Assembly (NCBI GenBank): GCA_963848305.1
Contig: CAWKDC010000001.1
Location: forward strand, 896,001 to 960,000
Source: an uncultured Gammaproteobacteria bacterium
GTDB lineage: Bacteria > Pseudomonadota > Gammaproteobacteria > JABCZS01
Reading direction: 5' to 3'
DNA length: 64,000 nt
Of the stretch, positions 42,049 to 52,540 are shown piece after piece. The position numbers and the translations under genes were made by a program. A model generated the notes under the pieces. That model made no database searches and was not told the DNA's origin. It saw only the letters and a list, made by a program, of their open reading frames with translations. Position 1 is the stretch's first letter. Each line of letters begins with the position of its first letter.

Positions 42049-42495
42049 TTATTCCGCCTTTTCTAATGCTGACATCACCAAGCGAAAACGTTCTGGGGCG
42101 AAGATACGACCCAACAACTGTAGACGCTCGAACACCAAGTTTCGATTCAAGAAAAAACCTGGCGTATCCTCCTTGCTGCTGCTCGAGACCTCTGCAAACA
42201 CCAACAATTTGGAAGCACTGCCCGGCATGAGCTGATCGATCGCCTGTAATAACCGCAATGCCCGAGCGGCTTTGAGAGAATTGAAGAATTTGATAAAACT
42301 GTCTTCTTCGCCCACGTTAAACTTAGACAGGCCATCGACGGCTTGGCCGATCTCGGCCAGCAAGGCTTCATACTCAGGGTCTCCGTCCAAGGTTCACGAT
42401 TCCACGGCTTCCATCGTTGAGATGATACGATATAAAGCGTAGTCATGTTTCTCTTGCCAATGCTTCGCGACAGCACTGGGGGATAAATCAGGCAT
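42049..42495 (-). CDS. icmW: IcmW adaptor; in-frame TGA at 42394-42396 where Trp is expected
   Basis: MPDLSP...YRIISTMEAVES*TLDGDP, PGSASKLL, FLNRNLVFERLQLLGRIF. Confidence 0.9.
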
Positions 42496-42660
42496 GGGGC
42501 ACCTCTCCTAGTCTCTATGTTATTGAGTCTAGCACGATATCTTCCAACGGCGTCTTGATTTCGAGTCATGTGCTGCCAAACACGCTGTGAATACATCCCT
42601 GTGCCTCACACGTTTGGCATCACACAACCCGAAAAGACGCCTTATTGAATAACATAAATC

Positions 42661-43191
42661 CTATTCAGTTTTATACCGCTTGATGCTGTCCAAAATTTCC
42701 TGCTTTGCAGCGCCTGCATCTTCCCAACCCGTGATTTTGACCCACTTACCTGGTTCAAGCTTTTTGTAGTATTCGAAGAAATGTTCAATTTGGGCCAGCA
42801 ACATCGCATCGACTTCTTTTTTGGATTGAACATGAGAATACACCCGGCAAAGTTTATCGACTGGCACGGCTAGGATTTTATTGTCGTGGCCGGATTCATC
42901 TTCCATGTTCAACATGGCGACAGGACGCACACGGATAACAGACCCAAACATGACGGGAAACGGTGTGATCACGAGCACGTCGGCAGGGTCGCCGTCCAAC
43001 GCAAGGGTATGTGGGATATACCCATAATTGCAGGGGTAACGCATCCCGGTGGCAATAAAACGATCCACGAATAAGGCACCGCTCGCCTTGTCCATTTCAT
43101 ATTTAATCGGATCAGAATTAGCGGGAATTTCAATGATCACATTGACTTCATCAGGGGCTTTCTCGCCGGCGGAAATAAAATCGGGGTTCAT
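42661..43191 (-). CDS. ppa: Inorganic pyrophosphatase
   Basis: IEIP...KYEMDK, YPCNYG, DGDPADV, HFFEYYK. Confidence 0.95.
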   Translation of the reverse strand: MNPDFISAGEKAPDEVNVIIEIPANSDPIKYEMDKASGALFVDRFIATGMRYPCNYGYIPHTLALDGDPADVLVITPFPVMFGSVIRVRPVAMLNMEDESGHDNKILAVPVDKLCRVYSHVQSKKEVDAMLLAQIEHFFEYYKKLEPGKWVKITGWEDAGAAKQEILDSIKRYKTE

Positions 43192-43283
43192 AATACTCTC
43201 CTCTCAAAAGAGTGACTATATTAGCACAAAAAGACGTGGCAATAGTCTACAATCACCCTATCAAGTTTTGTTGAGGAAAGGGT

Positions 43284-44415
43284 ATGGACATCACCAAAGT
43301 CGTTGGCTACTGCTGGCAGGCGCCTGCCAAGAAGGTATGCCTTCTGTTGAAGAACAAAAAAAGGCGATCATTGATTATTGTAACCAGGATAAAAGGCTCA
43401 TACAATACTTTGTTGAAAACAGTTTCGACAAAAAACCCCGTGACTTCCCCGAGTTTTTGCGCGCCATCATGCTGGCCCGTCAAGAAAATGCAGAATTAGT
43501 GATTGCAGAGCTCGCTTATTTAACTCGCTTCCCAGGTTTCACCGATCCACTGATGGCCTCGGGCGTTCAATTCAAATGTTTGGATCAACCCCGCATTGAC
43601 CAACACACCCTGGTCGCTGTCGTTGAGTATGCCCGTTACAACCAAAAGCGTCACAGTGATCGCATTCGCCAGGGCCTGGATCAAACCTTGTCGCAGCTCG
43701 GTAACCCGCATGCGATGCAAGAAATTTCCAAGGTCAATAAACCCAAAACCGAAAGTGCCGTGCTGTTCGCGCTGATCCTGGGCCTATCATTGGTTATTAC
43801 CGCGTGAAAGGTTTTTCACAACGTAAAATGATGACATTGCTGAATGAAGAAGGTTTTTTGGCACCAGAAGGCTGCTGGGTGTTAAGTCAACTGCAAAAGG
43901 TGCTTGAACGCATTGATTTAAACAATTTGGCGCTTGACCTCTGTGAAACGCTGGATGAATTTAAGGAAAAAAATTACACGGTAGAGCAAATGGTCAAAGC
44001 CCTGCGCTTGATGCAAGTGCGTACCCTGTCTCGCGGCGAATGGGACACACATGCCTTGAATAAAGTCATTGAACGTCTCGATAATATCCGTGAAATTCTT
44101 GAATTCAATCAATTTGTATTGGATGTTTATCCCACCATCCTACTCCTACAAGCCCAAGGCCGCACAGTCAGGGATATTGCGCAAGAGCTGAATACCATGC
44201 GCAAGCCTTTGCCATCGCGATTAATCTGGGAACTTGAGCAAGATAAAGCCACTGGAGCCATTGTCACGTTGCATGAATGGGACGGAGCTAATGTTGATAT
44301 GGTCATGCGTTTATCCCAGCGTCGCAAAGAAGACATCGAAAATTACATCCATCCTGATACCCTCGCACGCGCGCAAATGTTGTTTGAAGAGTTTTTGGGC
44401 GAGGTTGTTGAGTAG
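43284..44415 (+). CDS. Serine recombinase/resolvase-like protein with degenerate active site; apparent frameshifts near 43330 and 43782
   Basis: Resolvase scaffold (EEQKKAI, FVE, A.LVIA.L..LTR, SGVQFKCLDQP, SDRIRQGL...LGNP) followed by repeated recombinase-like HTH segments. Confidence 0.65.
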
Positions 44416-44423
44416 CGTGATGG

Positions 44424-45725
44424 TCATGAGAATGCGGCAGACACAAAATACAATGGCATGAAAATCATTTTTGGATCTGACGGCTCTCGAAACGCAGCAT
44501 CCAAAAAAATCAGTCCATACGGTGAGTCAGGATATTGCTGTAGAAACATGTGCAGGCTTCTTAATCTCCCTGATGAACCACTCTTGACTTCAACAGGAAT
44601 CACCTGGCTGTCTTTGATCGCCAAATAATCCACTTCAGCTGCACTGTTTTTTTCAGGCCTATGCCAATAATACAATTTTCCCTGTTCTTGTACCAATCTT
44701 AGTTCTTGTGCCACAAACTGTTCGGCTAAAGCACCTCGATAAATGGACAATAGGTTTTTATCTAAATCCTCAATAGTCATGGGCAAACCACACAACGATT
44801 GCATGAGGCCAATGTCCAATACCATTGCCTTGAAAGTTTTATGATGCACTGAAGCACCTAATGGTAATACGGGAGGATGACAAGAAGGAATATCAGTGAT
44901 CACCTGGGCCATCTTCAGGAATTGAAATGCCTGCTTAATGGTGGCAGAAAAATCCTGCGCCAAATGGCTATATTGAATCTGTTTGCCCACCTCTTTTGCG
45001 ACAGATGAAAACACTTCATTTAAGCACATGGGATTAGACCGGGGTGCATATTTTGCGAAATCATTGCGAAACCCATTAATCAAATCCAGGTGTACATCTT
45101 GGCTTTCTCGAATGGATTTTGTCTCCACATAAACAGCCACTGCTTCAGGCATTCCACCGACAATAAAATATCGATACAACTCTTGTCGCAACACAGCATG
45201 GACAGTTTCTGATAACACGTGTGGCTTTTGTTGAATCAATTCAGCCAAATTTTCTCGCCCGATTGCCATTAAAAACTCAACAAAACCTAATGGATACATA
45301 TTCAGGTATTGTATACGTCCTACAGGAAAGGAGATTTCTGACAACGCAAACTCTAATAAAGAACCTGCACCAACGACATGCAATTCAGGCAAATCCTCAT
45401 AAAAATACCGCAATGACATGATGGCTTCAGGACATTGCTGAATTTCATCAAAAAACAACAGTGTTTTTCCTGGTATTATCCTTGAGCCCGTTGCAAACTC
45501 TATGTCTGCAACAATGCGTTTGACATCCAGATCCTGAGCAAACACTTTGGCAATTGAGGGCATTTTCTCAAAGTCAATTTTCAAAAGTTGATTGTCAAAT
45601 GTGTCTCGAGCCAATGCTTCGACGGCATAGGTCTTGCCTACCTGCCTTGCCCCTCGTAACAACAAGGGCTTACGGCGGCTCGAGCGAGCCCAATCCGCAA
45701 GCATTTGATCTATAAGACGTTTCAT
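44424..45725 (-). CDS. AAA_14 ATPase with DUF4143 domain
   Basis: GARQVGKT, FFDEIQ, GAGSLL, VGGMPEAV, AEVDYL...PVEVKSG. Confidence 0.88.
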   Translation of the reverse strand: MKRLIDQMLADWARSSRRKPLLLRGARQVGKTYAVEALARDTFDNQLLKIDFEKMPSIAKVFAQDLDVKRIVADIEFATGSRIIPGKTLLFFDEIQQCPEAIMSLRYFYEDLPELHVVGAGSLLEFALSEISFPVGRIQYLNMYPLGFVEFLMAIGRENLAELIQQKPHVLSETVHAVLRQELYRYFIVGGMPEAVAVYVETKSIRESQDVHLDLINGFRNDFAKYAPRSNPMCLNEVFSSVAKEVGKQIQYSHLAQDFSATIKQAFQFLKMAQVITDIPSCHPPVLPLGASVHHKTFKAMVLDIGLMQSLCGLPMTIEDLDKNLLSIYRGALAEQFVAQELRLVQEQGKLYYWHRPEKNSAAEVDYLAIKDSQVIPVEVKSGSSGRLRSLHMFLQQYPDSPYGLIFLDAAFREPSDPKMIFMPLYFVSAAFS

Positions 45726-45831
45726 GAAGCTTATCCCCTTGCCTTTAAAGCACAAGGTTATTATAGCGATCTGCCTTTAGAATAACAATGTTAATTTTAA
45801 AGGTAGCCTTTAAAATACCAAGGTTACATCA

Positions 45832-46821
45832 TCAAAGAGGGCGATTTCTCTTTAATAAATCGATCACCGCTTCTTTAGGCGATTTGTGTTGATATAAGAC
45901 TGCATACACTTGTTCAGTGATGGGCATCTCAACGCCCATTTGTTGGGCCAAAGCATGAATGTGGGCGGTGGCTTCAATGCCTTCCACCACTTGATTGATT
46001 TGCGCCAGCGCTTCACTCATGGATTTACCTTCGCCGATCATGCGACCGAAGCGGCGGTTACGAGACTGATCATCCGTGCACGTTAAGATCAAATCGCCCA
46101 TGCCGGCCAAGCCCATGAAAGTCTCCGTTTGTGCGCCCAATGCAGCACCCAAACGCATCATTTCGGACATGCCACGGGTCATGAGGGCTGCTTGAGTGTT
46201 TGCACCCAGCGACAAACCTGCTGCCACTCCCGTTGCAATCGCGAACACATTTTTGAGTGCCCCACCCAATTGCGTGCCGATCACGTCTTTGGAAGGATAC
46301 ACCCGAAAATATTGTTGATTGTGCAACACAGATTGCCAAAAAGCGGTGGCGTCATCATCGCTGCTCGCCAGGGTGATCGCCGTGGGCTTTTGTGCGGCGA
46401 CTTCTGCAGCGAAACTCGGGCCTGACACAATCGAAAAACCTTTGCCCGGCATCAGCGTTTTGACGACATCCGACAGAAAATGGTGCGTGGCCGGATCTAA
46501 ACCTTTACTCGCCCAAGCGAGTGCCATCTGAGGCGTCATATAAGGTTGTGCAAACAAGAATACTTCTCGAAACGCATGACTCGGAACGACCAAAAGCACC
46601 CCATCAGCATCTTTCATCACCGCTTGGATATTAGGCTCGGGATGGAGGTTATCCGGCAGCGCCACCCCGGGCAAATAGCGCTTGTTTTCGCGAGTGCTGG
46701 CAATCGTCGCGAGTTGATGCGCATCATGGCTCCACAACCGAACAGTATGGCCATTTCGTGCCAATAGCAGCGCCAGCGCAGTTCCCCACGCACCGGCACC
46801 CAACACTGCGACGGTGGCCAT
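45832..46821 (-). CDS. gpsA: NAD(P)H-dependent glycerol-3-phosphate dehydrogenase
   Basis: GAGAWGTAL, SGPSFA, GALKNVFAI, GDLILTC...SRN. Confidence 0.95.
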   Translation of the reverse strand: MATVAVLGAGAWGTALALLLARNGHTVRLWSHDAHQLATIASTRENKRYLPGVALPDNLHPEPNIQAVMKDADGVLLVVPSHAFREVFLFAQPYMTPQMALAWASKGLDPATHHFLSDVVKTLMPGKGFSIVSGPSFAAEVAAQKPTAITLASSDDDATAFWQSVLHNQQYFRVYPSKDVIGTQLGGALKNVFAIATGVAAGLSLGANTQAALMTRGMSEMMRLGAALGAQTETFMGLAGMGDLILTCTDDQSRNRRFGRMIGEGKSMSEALAQINQVVEGIEATAHIHALAQQMGVEMPITEQVYAVLYQHKSPKEAVIDLLKRNRPL

Positions 46822-46825
46822 ATGA

Positions 46826-47305
46826 CTATTTAGTCTCTTTGAGGCGGTTCAAATGATCTTGATACAATGCATCAAAGTTCACTGGCGCCAAAAAGAGGGG
46901 TGGATAACCGCCACGTGTGGCCAAATTAGAGACCAATTCTCTTGCATAAGGGTACAATAAGTTTGGACAGAAACTGCCGAGCATTTGCCCACGCTGTGCT
47001 TCACCAAAATTTTTCAGCAAGAAAGCCCCCGCTTGTTGCACTTCAAGCAAGAATGCGACTTTATTCTCTTGCTTCACCGTGACAGTGATTTTAAGGGTGA
47101 CTTCAAAGCGATCATTGTCCAGGGCGCGTGCCTGCGTGTTCAATTCAAATTTCACTTCAGGCTTCCAGTCTGCTTTCACCACATCGGGTGTATGAGTCGT
47201 TTCAAAGGAAACATCACGAATATAAATGTTTTCAATGCCGAATTGCATTTGCGCATCCGCGTGTTCAGCCTGTTTAGATTGATTGATTGCTTCGTCTGTA
47301 ACCAT
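46826..47305 (-). CDS. secB: Protein export chaperone SecB
   Basis: IYIRDVSFE, EVQQAG, CPNLLYPYARE, PVNFDALY. Confidence 0.95.
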   Translation of the reverse strand: MVTDEAINQSKQAEHADAQMQFGIENIYIRDVSFETTHTPDVVKADWKPEVKFELNTQARALDNDRFEVTLKITVTVKQENKVAFLLEVQQAGAFLLKNFGEAQRGQMLGSFCPNLLYPYARELVSNLATRGGYPPLFLAPVNFDALYQDHLNRLKETK

Positions 47306-47318
47306 TACGTCTCTCCTT

Positions 47319-47576
47319 TTAACTGTTTAACATCTCGTCTAGTTTGCCCGCAGCCTCTAACGCATGAAGATCATCACAACCTCCAATCGGCTGACCATGA
47401 ATGAAAATCTGCGGAACCGTGCGCCGGCCGCTGCGTTTAACCATCTCATCACGCAAGGCGTCATTGTTGCTCACATCAATTTCTTCGAATGGAACATGCT
47501 TGCGCGTGAGCAGTGCCTTGGCGCGAACGCAATAAGGGCATGTTTGCGTAGTATATATTGTGACCGTCGCCATCAT
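47319..47576 (-). CDS. grxC: Glutaredoxin 3
   Basis: CPYC, TVPQIFI, IGGCDDL. Confidence 0.95.
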   Translation of the reverse strand: MMATVTIYTTQTCPYCVRAKALLTRKHVPFEEIDVSNNDALRDEMVKRSGRRTVPQIFIHGQPIGGCDDLHALEAAGKLDEMLNS

Positions 47577-47583
47577 ACTTTCC

Positions 47584-48006
47584 TTATGATTTGTGTAAAG
47601 GTAAATCCGCGGATATCCAGGCTTGCATACCACCCGCAAGCAGGTTCACCTCTGTAAAGCCTGCCTTTTTGAGCGCAGTGCCACAACCGGCGGAGGTTTG
47701 ACCCATTTGGCAAATGAGTAGAATAGGTTGCTCATGTTTCACTTTCAAACGTGTCACCGTATCTGACAGGTCGGCAGGCGCGCAATGTCGCGCACCAATA
47801 ATATGTCCTTGATCAAATTTACTTTTATCGCGCAAGTCAAACATGGATGCTTGTTTTTGGTTGATCAGCAGCACCACTTCTTGAGGTGATAAACGCTTGG
47901 GTCCTAAATAGCGTTGGCGCACTTCAAATAAAATGTAAGCCAGGAGAAAAACAATAAAAAGTGATGACAACACCCAATGCGTCGCTAAAAATGTCATAAT
48001 GGCCAT
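47584..48006 (-). CDS. Membrane-anchored rhodanese (YibN-like)
   Basis: N-terminal TM, DLR...GHIIGA, LAGGMQAW; conserved yibN-grxC-secB-gpsA order. Confidence 0.85.
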   Translation of the reverse strand: MAIMTFLATHWVLSSLFIVFLLAYILFEVRQRYLGPKRLSPQEVVLLINQKQASMFDLRDKSKFDQGHIIGARHCAPADLSDTVTRLKVKHEQPILLICQMGQTSAGCGTALKKAGFTEVNLLAGGMQAWISADLPLHKS

Positions 48007-48098
48007 GCAAACTTACCTCTCGTACACGAAGACGCGCAATTATACCACGATGCGCACGAAGATGGTTTAAACTAATGGATATATTGAGGCACTTGCCA

Positions 48099-49631
48099 AT
48101 GAAACCCATGTTACTCATCGTACTTGATGGCTTTGGTCATCGCGATAACCCGGCATACAATGCCATTGCCCAGGCACATACACCGTGTCTTGATGCGTTA
48201 TATGCACACTATCCCCACATGCTGCTGTCTGCCTCGGGGCTGGATGTGGGGCTTCCAGGCAACCAAATGGGCAACTCTGAAGTCGGCCACATGAACATCG
48301 GCGCCGGCCGCGTGGTTTATCAAATGCTGACACGGATCGATCGCGACGTCGAAACGGGCGCATTCGATCAAAACCCCGTTTTTCAAAACCTTTTGCAAAC
48401 CCTTCATCAAAACAACAAAGCCTTGCACGTGATGGGATTACTGTCAGATGGAGGGGTGCACGCGCATGAATCCCACATCATGGCGCTCCTCAAACTTGCT
48501 GCTGGACAAGGGATTGAACACATTTATTTGCACGCATTTTTGGACGGCCGCGATACGCCGCCCCGCAGCGCAAAACATTCCCTCGTGCGTGCATTAGATT
48601 GTTTTCACGCCATGGGCAAAGGGCGCATCGCATCTGTCTGCGGCCGTTATTTTGCGATGGATCGCGACAAACGGTGGGATCGCACCCAATTGGCGTATGA
48701 ATTGATCGTGGAGGGCAAGGCAGCGCACCGCGCAGCTGATCCGCTCCAAGCACTCGATGCAGCCTATGCGCGTGATGAAAATGATGAGTTTGTATCACCC
48801 ACTGTGATTGGCGAGCCCGTTCAAATCCATGACGGCGACGGGATTATCTTCATGAATTTTCGCGCTGATCGTGCACGGCAACTCACACAAGCACTGACAG
48901 ATCCCGCATTTACTGGCTTTCAACGCGAACGTATTCCCGCCATCCACATGGTCAGCCTGACCGAATATTCGGATGCTTTTTCATTTCCCGTCGCTTATCC
49001 CGCTGACACCTTACAAAATACTTTTCCCGAAGTATTGGCAGTGCATCATCTCACACAGTTGCGTATTGCTGAAACTGAGAAATATGCGCATGTCACATTC
49101 TTTTTCAGTGGTGGGAAAGAAAAAGTGTTGCCACTCGAAAGCCGTATATTGGTTCCTTCACCTGCCGTGCCTACCTATGAAAAAACGCCTGAGATGAGCG
49201 CAATTCCCATCACCGATAAATTGGTGGAGGCAATTGAATCCCAACAGTTTGATTTCATCATTTGCAATTATGCAAACCCTGACATGATAGGCCACACTGG
49301 CGATTTCAATGCGACAGTTAAAGCGATCGAAGTGATTGATACCTGTTTGGAGCGTGTGGTGGCCGCACTCAATAAAGTGGGCGGCGAATGTTTGATCACC
49401 GCTGATCATGGCAATGCGGAGTGCATGTACGATCCAAGTACAAAACAACCGCACACAGCGCATACCAGTGAGTTTGTACCGCTGATTTATGTCGGGAAAC
49501 GCGGGCATTTTAATCAAACGCACGGTATACTCGCAGATATTGCGCCAACATTATGTGCCTTGATGAACCTCCCCATTCCCAGTGAAATGACGGGGCATGT
49601 ATTAATCGATTTGAATATCCATCCCCTTTGA
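48099..49631 (+). CDS. gpmI: 2,3-bisphosphoglycerate-independent phosphoglycerate mutase
   Basis: LIVLDGFG, MGNSEVGH, AETEKYAHVTFF, TADHGN. Confidence 0.96.
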   Translation: MKPMLLIVLDGFGHRDNPAYNAIAQAHTPCLDALYAHYPHMLLSASGLDVGLPGNQMGNSEVGHMNIGAGRVVYQMLTRIDRDVETGAFDQNPVFQNLLQTLHQNNKALHVMGLLSDGGVHAHESHIMALLKLAAGQGIEHIYLHAFLDGRDTPPRSAKHSLVRALDCFHAMGKGRIASVCGRYFAMDRDKRWDRTQLAYELIVEGKAAHRAADPLQALDAAYARDENDEFVSPTVIGEPVQIHDGDGIIFMNFRADRARQLTQALTDPAFTGFQRERIPAIHMVSLTEYSDAFSFPVAYPADTLQNTFPEVLAVHHLTQLRIAETEKYAHVTFFFSGGKEKVLPLESRILVPSPAVPTYEKTPEMSAIPITDKLVEAIESQQFDFIICNYANPDMIGHTGDFNATVKAIEVIDTCLERVVAALNKVGGECLITADHGNAECMYDPSTKQPHTAHTSEFVPLIYVGKRGHFNQTHGILADIAPTLCALMNLPIPSEMTGHVLIDLNIHPL

Positions 49632-49678
49632 TGAGGGTCGACGGGGAATGGTCAGGAAAGATAAAAGATGGAGCACTC

Positions 49679-50791
49679 ATGAAAACACAACATATATCCC
49701 TTTACCTACTGATACTCTTCATATCACTTCCTTCTCACGCCGAAAAATCTGTCGAGGCTTTGCAACAACAACTGAAAACATTGAATCAAAGCTTGAAAAA
49801 GGATGCCTCCACGCAAGATCAACTCGAAAACACGCTTAAAAAAATTGACATCTCTATTGCAAAAACATCAGAAACATTACGACAATCCAATGAAAAAATC
49901 ATGCAAACACAAAAAACATTGCAAGCACTCACCCTGGAACAGGCAAATGCAAAAAATGAACTTGCCATTCAACAATCAAAATTCTTGATGCAAATCAAAT
50001 CAAATTACATGGCCGGTCAAGCGCCTTTTTTAAAAATGCTCTTGAATCAACAAGACCCCCAATCATTTTCTCGCATGATGGCCTATTATCGTTATTTCAA
50101 TGCTGAGCAACATACAAAAGTGCAACAATTACAGCAGCAATTGGTCGCCGTCAATTCACGTGAATCAGAGATTGTCAGCGCCCTGCAATCTTTAAAAAAA
50201 CTTCAGCAACAACAGTTAACCCAGCTGAATGCGCAAAAAGAGGAACAAGCCAATCGTAACAAAGTCTTGGCTTCCTTGAATCAAGAAATCCACAAAAAGG
50301 GTGATCAAATTAAAGTGATCAAAGCAGATGTGGCCAAACTCAACAGCATCGTTGCCTCGATCGATAAAAAGCCCAGTCGCGCTTCGCAGTCACTTGCCGA
50401 ATACCGCAACACCCGCGGGTGGCCCGTGGACGGCAAACTCGTTCATGCCTTTGGGGCACCGAGTGAAACTGCCGCTGGCCGCAATAATGGTGTATTCTTT
50501 ACAGCGCAAGAAGGCGCACCGGTGAAAGCGGTGCACAGCGGCGAAGTCGCCTATGCCGATTGGTTGCGCGGGTACGGCTGGCTGATGATTGTGGACCATG
50601 GCAACAACGAAATGAGTTTGTATGCTTACAATCAAACGCTGTACAAAAAGGTGGGAGATCAAGTCCAAACAGGAGAATTGATCGCCCGTGTGGGAAAAAG
50701 CGGCGCAAAACCCGATCCCGGGTTATACTTTGAACTGCGTCGATTCGGTAAAGCCATCGATCCGCTGGCTTGGATAAAACAACAGGGTTAA
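49679..50791 (+). CDS. envC: Murein hydrolase activator EnvC (coiled coil + M23)
   Basis: Signal peptide, long coiled coil, ADWLRGYG, LYFELR; gpmI-envC-ctpA synteny. Confidence 0.88.
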   Translation: MKTQHISLYLLILFISLPSHAEKSVEALQQQLKTLNQSLKKDASTQDQLENTLKKIDISIAKTSETLRQSNEKIMQTQKTLQALTLEQANAKNELAIQQSKFLMQIKSNYMAGQAPFLKMLLNQQDPQSFSRMMAYYRYFNAEQHTKVQQLQQQLVAVNSRESEIVSALQSLKKLQQQQLTQLNAQKEEQANRNKVLASLNQEIHKKGDQIKVIKADVAKLNSIVASIDKKPSRASQSLAEYRNTRGWPVDGKLVHAFGAPSETAAGRNNGVFFTAQEGAPVKAVHSGEVAYADWLRGYGWLMIVDHGNNEMSLYAYNQTLYKKVGDQVQTGELIARVGKSGAKPDPGLYFELRRFGKAIDPLAWIKQQG

Positions 50792-50795
50792 CAAC

Positions 50796-52140
50796 ATGAA
50801 AATTTCTCATTCATTGCTTCTCAGCACCGCTTGTGGCATCGCCGTCGGGATGATGCTTTCATTATCCATCAATGTGTATGCCCTCACGGACAACAAGTCT
50901 GCCGCCCCTGCGGAGAAATTGCCGTTGGTGGAGATGAAACAATTCACCCACGTGTTGGATCAAGTCAAAAAGGACTATGTGAAGGTCGTTGATGATAAAA
51001 CCCTATTTGAAAACGCAATGCGCGGCGTCCTATCCGGCCTGGATCCCCATTCCGCCTATTTAGATCAAGAAGATATGCATGATTTGCAAGTCACGACTTC
51101 CGGCAAATTCGGTGGCCTGGGCATTGAAGTCACCATGGAAGATGGTTTTGTGAAAATCGTTTCCCCCATTGATGACAGCCCTGCCAGCAAAGCGAAACTG
51201 CAACCTGGCGATTTGATCGTGCGTATCAACGAAACTCCCGTCAAAGGTTTGTCACTCGCGGAAGCCGTCAACATGATGCGCCGGTCCTAAAAACAGCCCC
51301 ATCACCTTGACGATTGTGCGTGAAAAGCTCACACAACCGCTGATTGTTACTTTATTACGCGATCTGATTCAGGTTGCGAGCGTCAAATCTAGCTTGATTG
51401 AGCCCGATTATGGTTACCTGCGTATCACCCACTTTCAAGAGCACACGGGTGATGATGTCCGCAAGGCACTGGCTTCATTGGCTACTGAAAACAAAAAACC
51501 CTTGAAAGGCTTGGTGCTTGATTTACGCAACAATCCTGGCGGCGTATTAGACAGCGCAGTCACTGTCTCCGAAGCTTTCTTGGACAGCAAAAAAATTGGC
51601 CACGATCGTTTGGTGGTTTACACGGATGGCCGCATGCCTTCCTCCAAAATGCGTGAATATGCAAAAGGCAATGATCTGCTGAATGGCGCTCCCATGGTGG
51701 TGCTCGTGAATGGCGGCTCAGCCTCTGCCTCTGAAATTGTGGCAGGCGCCTTGCAAGATCATCGCCGCGCGATCATCATGGGTTCCCAAACCTTTGGTAA
51801 AGGCTCTGTTCAAACCGTGATTCCCTTACAAAAAGACACGGGGTTGAAATTAACGACTGCGCTTTATTACACGCCAAGTGGCCGCTCCATCCAGGCAGAA
51901 GGCATTAAACCGGACGTGACACTGGCCAATTACACATTGGGCACGCAAGAGCATGCCGAAGAAACCAAAGCCTTGACGCTCAGCGAAAAAGATTTGAGCG
52001 GCCATTTGGATAATAAAGCAGCAGCTGCGCCGGCTGCGGCAACTGAAGGCACTGCGGAAATCAAAGAATCCGCCGCGCCTGATTATGGCAAAACTGAAGC
52101 GTTGAATTTGTTGAAGGGCCTCGCGATATTATCAAAATAG
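50796..52140 (+). CDS. ctpA: Carboxy-terminal processing protease S41 (CtpA); apparent frameshift near 51283
   Basis: LDPHSAYL, PDZ (FGGLGIEV), DLRNNPGG, SASASEIV, TFGKGSVQ. Confidence 0.88.
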
Positions 52141-52203
52141 GTCTAGTAATTTTACGCACGAACGGTATAATCCTCCGATATCTGTTTTTTTTCGGAGACC
52201 GTC

Positions 52204-52530
52204 ATGAGCCAACATATTTCTCAAATCAGCGACAGCCAATTCGATACGGACGTCCTTCAAGCCAATATTCCCGTGCTCGTGGATTTTTGGGCAGAATGGT
52301 GCGGCCCCTGCAAATCCATCGCCCCCATGCTTGAAGAAGTGGCGGCAGAATATCACGGCAAGATCCGCATTGTCAAAATCAATGTCGATGATAATCCAGA
52401 AACTCCCCGCAAATACGGCGTACGCGGCATCCCCACCTTAATGTTATTTAAAGACGGTGAAGTAGTTCAAACCAAAGTCGGCGCCTTAACCAAGGCTCAG
52501 CTCACTGCTTTTTTAGATGCATTAATTTAA
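52204..52530 (+). CDS. trxA: Thioredoxin
   Basis: [14 protein letters not shown]. Confidence 0.96.
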   Translation: MSQHISQISDSQFDTDVLQANIPVLVDFWAEWCGPCKSIAPMLEEVAAEYHGKIRIVKINVDDNPETPRKYGVRGIPTLMLFKDGEVVQTKVGALTKAQLTAFLDALI

Positions 52531-52540
52531 GGGATCAATC

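Noticed and set aside
35827-42396. Alternative genetic code (TGA=Trp)
   Set aside because: Trp is encoded by TGG throughout and many genes end in TGA; both cases share the GGACC-to-GAACC context
20747-42495. Degenerating (pseudogenised) T4BSS
   Set aside because: Housekeeping genes (purA, dusA, ctpA) show the same motif-linked single-base lesions, and the reading frames are otherwise full-length
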